NCBI GenBank assembly: GCA_038496445.1
Contig: JALMLS010000497.1
Location: forward strand, 21,525-85,524
Length of the DNA stretch: 64,000 nt
Direction: 5' to 3'
DNA from: Trichosphaerium sp. ATCC 40318
Lineage: Eukaryota; Protista; Tubulinea
Every line of letters starts with the position of its first letter. The first letter of the stretch is position 1. Below are positions 41,747 through 52,010 of the stretch, piece after piece. The notes under the pieces were generated by a model. The model ran no database searches. It had not been told where the DNA came from and saw only the letters and a program-made list of their open reading frames with translations. Position numbers and translations under genes: made by a program.

Positions 41747-42641
41747 GATTTGGCCTACTACTTGATTCAAAAGCGTTGATAGGCGAAAATTTTTTTTAAT
41801 GGTGTATAGTGTTTTTTGGCGTCCGTTTAGAAACGAACAAGTCAAAAAAAGAAGAAAAGAAGAAGAAAAAAAATCAGGTTCTTTTTTTTTGCTTTTTTTT
41901 TATGAGATGTAATGTAGTGAAGAATAATAAATGGCTTCAATCCTGGTAACAGGTGTATTATTTCTTTGCTTTGAATTGATCCGGATCGTGATGGCTTGAA
42001 CAGCAGTGACCAACTGGTTATTCGTTAAAAATGCCAAGTAACTTATTGATAGCAGCGTCTACGCACAAGTTAATTGCTACGTAGTTATCTACGCATAGCA
42101 GTAACGTTGGGTAGAATAGGCAAAACAAAGTTTTTCAGCTTGTTGGTCATAAATTACGCAACGGTAAGTATTTTTGCCATTATATACGCATTTGGTTTGT
42201 GTTTTTGTGAAAATGATGTATGCGAGAAGGTTCTGAAGCGGTATTTAGATACTGCACTTTAAACCTCATGATTACCAAGGCGAAATGCTGACAATCACTA
42301 AAATCCTTTATTTTTCAAAATTACCGCCAATTACGCAGAAAACAAGCTTACTCTAGCACTAGGACAACCATTGTGCAATCAATGAAGCGTAGTAAGGACT
42401 CTAACATTTGTCACGTAGTATAGACTTCTCTAATAGCTCACGTCGCACTTCAAAAGCGCTAAAAGACAAATAGACGTCGATATTTGAGTTGTATTCTTTA
42501 CAAAGATGGTTTTTTTTTTTTCTTGTTGATTACAAAAAAAAAGGGTTAAAGAGACGTTAAATGCCAATGCCTGCGCTTTACAAATTGCGCTGTAGTTCTA
42601 CAAAAGTGCTCGTATGAAGCTGAGTTGGGGATGCGATTTGT

Positions 42642-43771
42642 TTACGCGCTTGCGAGTTTTTCTTGTTGTTTTGGTTCTGGGTCTACAGCTTCCAATTTAG
42701 GTGCTCCTGTTTGTCCTGCTTGCTCCAAGTATGACTCTGTTAGAACTTGAGGTTCAACACCAGGTCTAGGTTTCTTATAAAACTCTTCTAAGCTAGCTGG
42801 GAATATGTAATCTTTACCTTCAACCCATTCTACAAAAAACCAGTTAGATTTAGAGAAACCGATTTACAAGTAGCGTGTGACACTGTACACGAATGGAATT
42901 AACGATAAGAAAGTTCTATTCACGCTACTATAGCCTATACGAGAGGCTCATATACACGGTAACGCACCTTTGCCTTCTTTTAAGTCTTGAGCTAGAGATG
43001 ACTCCATAACAAAACGGAGACCACAATAATCGCATTTACCCCACTTACTATCTGAATATTTGCCTCCAAGACGCACTCTGTCAATACGAATAAAGATTCT
43101 AGGATGTCCAAGAGGACCAGCTGCACAGTTTGTCAGTTACATCCACAATACTACCGGAAACAAGGCGTATAAAGTAGAGTGGCGAGGGTTTGAGACATGT
43201 CAAGCGTACACGCTTAAAACTTGACACCAACAATAGTTTATCGCCCTGTCTCGCGTATTTAAACTCAATTACGTACATCCACCGTCACAAGTTGCTATTT
43301 TATGATTAACTACAATAGGCGGTATTTCACTAATTAATTGCTCAGCGCTTGTACCAGGCTAGTAGAAAGTTAACAATCGCGCTAAGGGAGTTATACAAAA
43401 TAAAATTCGGTTCGTATTGCGTGTTTTGGTTTCGATTGTTGCTGGTACGTACCACCCATAGTTGTTCGCGGTTGTGGTTGTAGTCTCGCTTCTCTTCGAA
43501 TAGAACAGTGTGAAAAAATCCAATCACCTTATTTTTCCTATTGTCTTCAAGAAACTGACGAAATGGGGCGCCCCAATTAATAGCTCGCACTGGGACGCGA
43601 ACTTGTTGACGGACGTTCCTTTTTGCTTTATTAGATACTATTTACACCCATAAACTATATTAGAAGGTAATTGGCGTACTGTGAGCGAATAGCTTTAGAC
43701 CGTTGTGTTAAAGCATTTCTTTTACTAGTTTGGCATACAGCAGAACTAGTGCGTACTGCTCTTGAAAGCAT
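42642..43771 (-). CDS. NDUFS6: NADH:ubiquinone oxidoreductase 13-kDa zinc-finger subunit
   Basis: Mitochondrial presequence MLSRAVRTSS; AEQLISEIPPIVVNHKIATCDGG, GPLGHPRIFIRID and KCDYCGLRF (zf-CHCC C-H-C-C). Confidence 0.85.
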
Positions 43772-43913
43772 GTTACTAACAGCCAGTTTCGTGTTGTTTG
43801 ACGCAAAATTGACCAATGCATAAGTTTTGAGTTCCAACACAATGCACGCAGTTGGTGTTTGCCGTGGTATATGTTTTGCGCAACACCAAAGAAACACACG
43901 AGTGCGTACATTT

Positions 43914-45398
43914 ATGCAATTAATGTTTTATAGCCACAAGCAGTCATTACGTATGCTTGACGCGTGATTACACTATAAAATTTCATTATAAGCCTTTTTA
44001 AGCAAAATCTACGACAGTTTTACTTCATCCATCGTGTACGTTCTCAATGACATTTATTAATAGCGACCTTTGAGGCAATACAATAAAAAACGGGTGTCAC
44101 ATCGATTCTTATGTACAAAACCATCAACAGAGCGTAGAAGTATTAAAAGCATCGTAAACGCGTATAAAGATAAGAATGATATCACAAAGCATGCTTTAAT
44201 AAGCAAGGAGTACAGTACAAAGATAAAACAGTATGGTGAAAAGAATGAGCCTGAAAATGCTGTATTATCGTTTAGAGAGATGATAGATAAAGGTATAAAG
44301 CCAGATACAAGAACTTATACAAGTTTAATACAAGCATTTGTAAAAAATGGTTTGTACGATAACGCTATTGATTGCTTTGCTTCAATGAAGAAAATGGGAC
44401 TAAAACCTTTACCTAATACATATAATATATTAATTGATGGATGTGGACGAGCAGCGTATGTATTGTTAGAAGTAGAAAAGCAGAAAATGTCAAAGGATTC
44501 TGTGATTAATTCCAATTTTATTTTTGTTTGGATAATTTTTTCGGGCGTTGTCGCTTCCTCTACATTCAAAGTAAAGCAACCCTCCAATTCTATAATTTTA
44601 TCAGAGCGATGTTGGGTTATAAATTTTTATTTTGACACACTTTAAAGCGTGTAGTTTGACTATTCTTTTTTTTTTTGTAACATTTTATTTATATTTTTTG
44701 TAGTGTTACATACGAAGATAAGAGTTTTTTAAAGATGGCTTTTGATCTTGTTGTAGAGAGTTGTAAGGAATGCTCTATTAATCCTAACGATTTCATATCT
44801 CTTGTTGAGGCTTGTGGACGTAACAAAGATGGATTACTAGCTTGTAAAGTATATCACATGATTAATAAGGTACACAAAGTGAAACCCACGTGATTTTTTT
44901 TTTATTACCTTCAAAAAAATACCTTCAGGTGAACGAGTGTAGTGTATACCTCCAAGACTTTATACTCTCTAAAATTTACTGGCTTTTTATTTTTAGTATC
45001 TGTTGTTGTTTACTCGCATTCAGTACCAAACGAGGAGTGAACGAAACACAACTTTTTTTTTCCCATTTGTTGTTTGGTTTTTCTAATTGTTTTCTTTTTT
45101 TCAGGCTGGCTTACCAATACCTAATAAATTCTTTAATACCTTCGTCACAAGTGTTGCTTATCGTTATGATCTTGGTGATAATATTAAAATGGGACCATTT
45201 GATTATGCAGAGATAACACCTTTCCAAAAAAGAGTTCTTGATGATTTGGTTGATAAAATAAGAACTGTAAGTACTGTTCTTACACCAATGGGTTGTTCAG
45301 TAAAAATGAAAGAGTTGAGGAAAAAAAAAAGAGAATATAAGAGCATGCGGCGAGGATGGCAAATAAGAGAAAAGTATGGAGGTGGAGAATATGAATAA
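43914..45398 (+). CDS. Pentatricopeptide-repeat (PPR) protein, probably mitochondrial
   Basis: FREMIDKGIKPDTRTYTSLIQAFVKNG...FASMKKMGLKPLPNTYNILIDGCGRA are canonical PPR repeats. Multi-exon; start approximate. Confidence 0.8.
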
Positions 45399-45803
45399 AA
45401 TCGTTTGATGATTGTGTAAACTTGATTGTAGTTAACTTGACTTCAATTCAGCTCTTAAGTTGTTGTACTAACTTTAATCTGTGTAGATATTCACAGGTAC
45501 ATATTGGTGAACAACGTCGTAGATACCCACAAGATCGCAGCCAATCTTACATAGAATACATACATTTTTCGAGGATCTTTTGAGAACTGTCAAAGTCACT
45601 GAGACGTAAAATACTATTCTACAAGAATAAGAGACGACAGGTAGTGATGTAACGGTTTCGATTTCTTTTAGGTAAGCAAACAGTTAAACCAGGGTGTTTG
45701 GTAACAGCCGTTTGTGGTAACCCACCTATTACAAAGGAACTTGAACTGAGGCATTCCCGTTGCCAAAGACGGGAATAGTGTTTAATGTGCCTGATAAGGT
45801 TAA

Positions 45804-47000
45804 AGTAGGGTAAAAATACAGTTCTGCATTGTACCTGACCCACGTCTACTACATAGCAGCTGTAAACTCTGCTGCGCCTTGACAACGCTTGGGAGGTGGA
45901 CGTGGGCTTTCATCATTTGTAAGAAACTACTGTGATTTTCGACTCAAAAACGACTGACACTTGGGGCAAATTTTTTATTGTTTGCTATGACTGTTTTAAA
46001 AGTCGCTTGGTATCATCTCCAACAAGAGGTTTTATTGGAACAGGCAAGCTTGGAAGGTATTGCCACCAATGACTACAAAAACGCCGCATCCACGAGCAAT
46101 ACATGGTTTGCATTTCTTTGATCCTGAAATCATGTTAACTCCTGAATAACTCTTTTTAGGGCAAGCTAGGACACGTTCTTTACACAAAACCTCACCGCTG
46201 TTCAGTTCTATAATCATCGTTAACATAAAACAATCATTTTGTTTGTCATCAAATCGACTAATGTTTATATTGACGTACTGTATCTTCGTGAGCATACAGG
46301 GCAAACTGATTCAGACCCGATAATGTATAAGCAAAGAACAACAGCTAACAGCAAGAATAGTTTCATTTTTGGTTTTTGAACGATAGGGATAAGGAGTAGT
46401 TGTTTGTTTGGTTATGTTGAGTGGTTGTGTTTTTTACTAAAATTATTTGTTAGACCTCATGATTCTCTGAACTAATCTTCGTGATATTTAGAATGCCAAC
46501 AACACAATAATGTAACCAGAATAAGTGGTAGATTCTTTTGAAATACACCTCGAACTTCGGAAAAACTAACTACTGATTTTTATGGCAATGGAAATTTAGT
46601 TTTTCCCGACAACTAGTGTTGACTTTGGTCGCGCGACCACACAGTTTTTTCCAACAAGGAATGTTGACTTTAGTTGTGATACAAAAAGAACTTGCTTGAG
46701 AAATAGTCTCATAGATACGTTAATAACTAAACCTGTTGTTAACAATTACAAGTATCACCGTGTGAGATATCGGACTTGACTGTACTGTTTTACTTTTGGT
46801 TGCAGGTAGTATGCACATAGTACAATCAAATGACAGTGTTAGTTTTTGCTCGCCTTGGTCTGAAGGCGATCCAACAAATCAAAAGTCACCAATAAAACAA
46901 TCCTCACAACTCACAGTAATTTTGTCCCTTGACTGGTAACGAGAAAAGGAATGAGATGATTCAACAACTTTGAGCTTACTATTTTGTAGTACATTCTTTT
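45804..47000 (-). repeat. Left arm of a ~1.2-kb inverted duplication (partner 49825-51056)
   Basis: The reverse complement matches 49825-51056 at high identity across promoter, signal exon, intron and 3' flank. Confidence 0.9.
46032..46366 (-). CDS. Small secreted cationic 8-Cys peptide, copy L (2 exons)
   Basis: MKLFLLLAVVLCLYIIGSES-VCPVCSRRYK/LNSGEVLCKERVLACPKKSYSGVNMISGSKKCKPCIARGCGVFVVIGGNTFQACLFQ*, with a phase-1 GTACGT..ATAG intron. Confidence 0.75.
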
Positions 47001-47410
47001 GGTAATCCTAACCTTGCTTTTTACTGTTTGTGTTCCCCAAACTTTACAATTTGTGCAAAGGGTGGTAGTATCGTATGCACCAACTAACGTTATCAAACCT
47101 TCATCTGTTACCTGTGTTCCTGATACATCTATGTCATGTACACCAACCAAAGCTTTAATACCCTTGTCTGTTACTTGCTTACAAAAAGCCAGGTTTGATG
47201 GTGTGTACGCCTCAAGCCCTCATCTGTCACTTTTGTGCCAGATAAATCAAGCTTGTGTACGCCAGCTAGCGCCTTCAAACCTTTATTGTTAACTTGAGTA
47301 TGCGATAAATAGATAGTATGTTCCTTTACCTGTTATCCGACGACAATCATCCAAATTAATACAGTGTACACCTTTCAATGCTGCAAACCTTCATCTGTTA
47401 CGTTTGTACA
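47001..47410 (-). pseudogene. LRR-protein fragment with frameshifts
   Basis: Remnant repeats LKGVHCINLDDCRRIT, LAGVHKLDLSGTKVTDEGL and LVGVHDIDVSGTQVTDEGL interrupted by indels. 47001-47207 is also present inverted at 51092-51301. Confidence 0.6.
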
Positions 47411-47485
47411 GCGTGGAGACGCAAGAGGCACTATTGTGAAGCAAATAATTTATGTACAGTTTATTGTTTCTTCAGATTTTTCGGT

Positions 47486-48803
47486 TTAGGATGCTACAGC
47501 TGCAACCATTCTTATTCTATTTATCTTTACAGAAAAACACTCTTCATCTAATTTACATAATCTACGTTCTTTGAGCATTTTTATCTTTGCAGTAACTAGC
47601 CTTCTTAAAAAAACTTGATCATTCGCACAATCCTAATATTGTTATTAATAGAACTCTTAGGTAATTTGGTAAGAAGTTGAACAAAATTCAAGAGCTTGCT
47701 GTTCGTTAAGAAACAAAGAACAAGATGAATGTATTATCGTTGTAAAACTAGTTGAAAAAAAACCACTAAAAATGTAACCAGCATGATGTTGCTTGTATGC
47801 TACGCATAGTGATTGTAGTTTTGCGCTGAAAATAGTGGTTTTATGATGAAAAGAAGAAAGCGTACATGTATAACATCCATGACAGATAGATTTCTTGTAG
47901 CTACAATAGTAAAAGGCAGCTTTACTCTATCAACACCGAATAAAGAGCTCAACATTTTAATACTATTTTCATCAACAGATCTAAGCCATACTTTTGCATT
48001 TCTTGAAATGAACTCCATAACATCATCATTATTTATAATAGACCTATCACGTGATATTTAAAAATAGCCCGTTGTCGATGATCAAAAAAAAAAAAAACCA
48101 AAAAAAAAATATCACGTGATACAAAAAATAAAATATAAACGGATTTTGTACGTACTTGAAAAAATTGTCTTGGTCATTTGAGACTATGTGTATAACGAGA
48201 AGACGGGATACTCGCGTAAAAGCGTCTGAAAAATTTCCAAAATGTAAAATCTGGCGCGTAGCATGTGATTTTCCAAAATCTCTCCAATACTCTTCGTTAG
48301 GCACGTGAGCTAAATCTAAAATAGGTGTGACATCATCCAGTGTTACTGCTTTTCTCCTGGATAGATAAATAAGCAAAAAATAGATTCACCTCCAAAAAAA
48401 TGGACACAAAGGTCTACTTGTGTCTTGTCTACGCGCGTAGATGCTACTCAAGAAAGTAAAAAAAGATTTTTTTGTGTTCTTCTTAGTTTATGCCTACGCA
48501 CATTAACGGATGAGAAATTTCGATAGACACCTCTTCATCTGTACCATATAATACTTGTAGAGAACGCTACAATGTTATTTAGATCATTTGAGGAAGAAGA
48601 ATCGAGAAACTTTAAAAAAAGATCCATGGACATACAGAATTATCGTGTAGACATTGTCCTTGTATTGTTTGATCTCCCGGTGGTACTCCTGTTCGAGCGT
48701 AGACGTATTTCTTTACAGTATTGAGTTCTTCATCAGAATTGACTTTTAGCCTTGTTATTGTACCATCCCAGCACTTTACTGCAACAGTTATGGTATCAGT
48801 CAT
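47486..48803 (-). CDS. Ubiquitin-like + UAS (thioredoxin-like) domain protein, FAF1/UBX-family-related
   Basis: N-terminal Ubl ITVAVKCWDGTITRLKVNSDEELNTVKKYVYARTGVPPGDQTI, then GNFSDAF...RLLVIHIVSND...IINNDDVMEFISRNAKVW...KLPF (UAS-like). No UBX domain seen. Confidence 0.55.
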
Positions 48804-49824
48804 GTTAATAGAAGTAAAATAAACGAATAATCTCAAACTTCACACGAAACTTAATGACGCTATACCAACTTAATGATGCCCTTAATACCATTTCACTGAC
48901 TGCTCAACAAAGTCTGAATTAAGAATTCCTCATATCTGTTTACTCATAGTGAAACATATGTAAAGCAAGCAGTACGTATGATTGCGAGATATCAAGAATT
49001 CTGACGAAACTGTTTTTTGTGTTTTTGCAGTTTTCTATGCTGCATACTACAAGCGGCTGAGCGTCATATGATGATGACTGACTAGCTGCTGACGTGGGTT
49101 AACTTGAAATAATTGTTCTACTCGCTTTATTATGTAGCTACCACTTGTATTTTAAGTACTGGAATCTAGTTACCTGTCGAAATGTAGCCTGTCCAGCACA
49201 ACTGTTGCTTTTGCTACTTTAGAGCAACAAAAGGCCTATCAAACGTCCCCAACAGTCTTTAATATCGTTTTCAAACGGAAACCTATGCTTCAGGGTGCCA
49301 CCTAAAATGAGGTGCCAGTCAGCTTTGACTCCACTAGCAGCTCTTTCAACACTTAAATTCATCGGTCAGGTCAGTTGCTGGAAAAAAAAGTAGCCACGAC
49401 ATTTACAATAGCTACTGAGAATTGTATGGGTAGACTCACGTTAGAAATTGCGTCATCAAGTTCATCCATCTCTGGTTTCGTTTGCCGCTAAGATAAAACT
49501 AGAGATGGATCATTTGGTAACACTGTTGACTTGCACAGTAGCCTAATTTGGTTTTGAGTTCGTGCAATAGTCCACAATTGTGCCTTTTCGTATCTGTGGT
49601 GCTAGGGGTAGCTTCTTACCCTTGGAATTGAGCTACATGTCAAAAAAAATTTATTGCATTCTTCTACTTTACTGAGATGACTGAAAATAGCGGGTTAATA
49701 AAAGAGCCAGTTGTGAGTTGGTCTTTTTTGATTGATGTTTCAGATTTTGTCGAGGACTAAAGACAAAAAATTGCTTTAACCACTTCAAGTCACGTGGATT
49801 TTAAATACAGCTTCTTTCTACACA

Positions 49825-51056
49825 AAAAGAATGTACTACAAAATAGTGAGCTCATCTCATTCCTTTTCTCGTTATCAGTCAAGGGACAAAAATACTGTGA
49901 GTTGTGAGGATTGTTTTATTGGTGACTTTTGATTTGTTGGATCGCCTTCAGACCAAGGCGAGCAAAAACTAACACTGTCATTTGATTGTACTATGTGCAT
50001 ACTACCTACAACCAAAAGTAAAACAGTCACTTAAACAATCAATTACGATATCTCACACGGTGATACTTGTAATTGTTAACAACAGGTTTAGTTATATTAA
50101 CGTATCTATGAGACTATTTCTCAAGCAAGTTCTTTTTGTATCACAACTAAAGTCAACATTCCTTGTTGGAAAAAACTTCGTGGTCGCGCGACCAAAGTCA
50201 ACATTAGCTGTCTAGGAAAAACTTTGTTGGTGTCGCGACCAAAGTCAACACTAGTGTCGGGAAAAACTAAATTTCCATTGCCAAAAAAATCAGTAGTTAG
50301 TTTTTCCGAAGTTCGAGGTGTATTTCAAAAGAATCTACCACTCATTTTGGTTACATTATTGTGTTGTTGGCATTCTAAATATCACGAAGATTAGTTCAGA
50401 GAATCATAAGGTCTATCTAAATAATTTTACTAAAAAACACAACCACTCAACATAAACCAAACAAACAACTACTCCTTATCCCTATCGTTCAAAAACCAAA
50501 AATGAAACTATTCTTGATGTTAGCTGTTGTTCTTTGCTTATACATTATCGGGTCTGAATCAGTTTGCCCTGTATGCTCACGAAGATACAGTACGTCAATA
50601 TAAACATTAGTCGATTTGACGACAAACGAAATGATTGTTTTATGTTAACAAAGATTGTAGAAATGGACAGTGGTAAGATACTATGTAAACAAGGTGTCTT
50701 TACTTGCCCTAAAAAGAATTTTAAGGGAGTAACGAGGATCTCTGGATCAAAGAAATGCAAGCCATGTATTGCTCGTGGATGTGGCGGCGTTCCCGTAGCC
50801 ATTAACGGCAATACCTTCCAAGTTTGCCTGTTCCAATAAACCTATTGTTGGTGATGTTACCAAAACGACGTTTAAAAACAGTCATTGCAAATAATAAAAA
50901 ATTTGCCCCAAGTCTGAGTCGTTTTTGAATCGAAAAGCACAGTGAAATCCCAGGTCCACCTCCCAAGCGTTGCCAAGGAGCAGCAGAGTTTACAACTGTT
51001 ATGTAGTATACGTGGGTCAGGAGTACAATGCCGTTGTAATTGTTTTTTACCCTACT
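49825..51056 (+). repeat. Right arm of the ~1.2-kb inverted duplication
   Basis: Reverse-complement match to 45804-47000; carries an extra ~48-bp tandem unit in the promoter. Confidence 0.9.
50502..50839 (+). CDS. Small secreted cationic 8-Cys peptide, copy R (2 exons)
   Basis: MKLFLMLAVVLCLYIIGSES-VCPVCSRRYK/MDSGKILCKQGVFTCPKKNFKGVTRISGSKKCKPCIARGCGGVPVAINGNTFQVCLFQ*. Confidence 0.75.
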
Positions 51057-51091
51057 ACAAGCACTTCAACACTTCTCAGCGCATTGAGTGA

Positions 51092-51301
51092 TACACACCA
51101 TCAACCTGGCTTTTTGTAAGCAAGTAACAGACAAGGGTATTAAAGCTTTGGTTGGTGTACATGACATAGATGTATCAGGAACACAGGTAACAGATGAAGG
51201 TTTGATAGCGTTGGTTGGTGCATATGATACTGCATACCGCCCTTTGCACAAATTGTAAAGTTTGGGGAACACAAAAAACAAAAAGAAAAGTTAGGATTAC
51301 C
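51092..51301 (+). pseudogene. LRR fragment, inverted copy of 47001-47207
   Basis: IHTINLAFCKQVTDKGIKALVGVHDIDVSGTQVTDEGLIALVG; no start codon and an upstream in-frame stop. Confidence 0.6.
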
Positions 51302-51484
51302 TTGGACTAATGGCTTCATGAACATGTGAGTGAGGGCTAACTTCTTGATGTGTTGTACTTGAACTGTCATCAAGTTTAGACTCTTATTCTGGATATTAAC
51401 CATATCTACGGAGCCTGGTAGCATAATATTCTATTTATTATAATAAAACTATTCGCTTTTTAAAGCATTTGTCTCGTTTTCACT

Positions 51485-51838
51485 AACGCCCTTCCGTTAT
51501 GAATACAAGCAATATTCATATTCATTGTCCCGTAAGCCATATTCATTAATATTCATTCATGAATATTCATGGGCGTTTGGTGAGTCAGGATGTTGAGGAG
51601 CTTTTGGTTTGTAGCACCTAGCGATGTTCCAAATGGATAGATTCAACAAGTTGCATTTGAAAACCGAATCGAAATAGTCAACAGAACACCAAAACCAACA
51701 AATCCAGTCAAAATCAGCCATAAAATTTTCGACTGTTTACTGTGCATGAATAATGAATGAATTTTTTTAGTCGTGAATATTTGTGAATGTAGGCTGTATT
51801 TGAATATTCAAATTATTCATCATAATGGAAGGGCGTTT
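51485..51838. mobile_element. MITE with 18-bp TIRs and a 9-bp target-site duplication (Mutator/MULE-like)
   Basis: aacgcccttccgttatga (51485-51502) and tcataatggaagggcgtt (51820-51837) match 17/18 as inverted repeats. GTTTTCACT is duplicated at 51476-51484 and 51839-51847. Subterminal ATTCAT/ATGAAT arrays. Confidence 0.8.
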
Positions 51839-52010
51839 GTTTTCACTTATTTGCGGACTTTGTTGAAATCTAACAAAGCTACGACTTGGGGTCATATTTC
51901 CTCCTCGCCATATTCTTATTTTTTTCTACGTTGTTCAATAGGGTGCCATTGGCTGACTTTGTTTGAATAGGGAAAAAGAATGCTAGCAAAGCTGTGACAT
52001 TTGAACGGTT

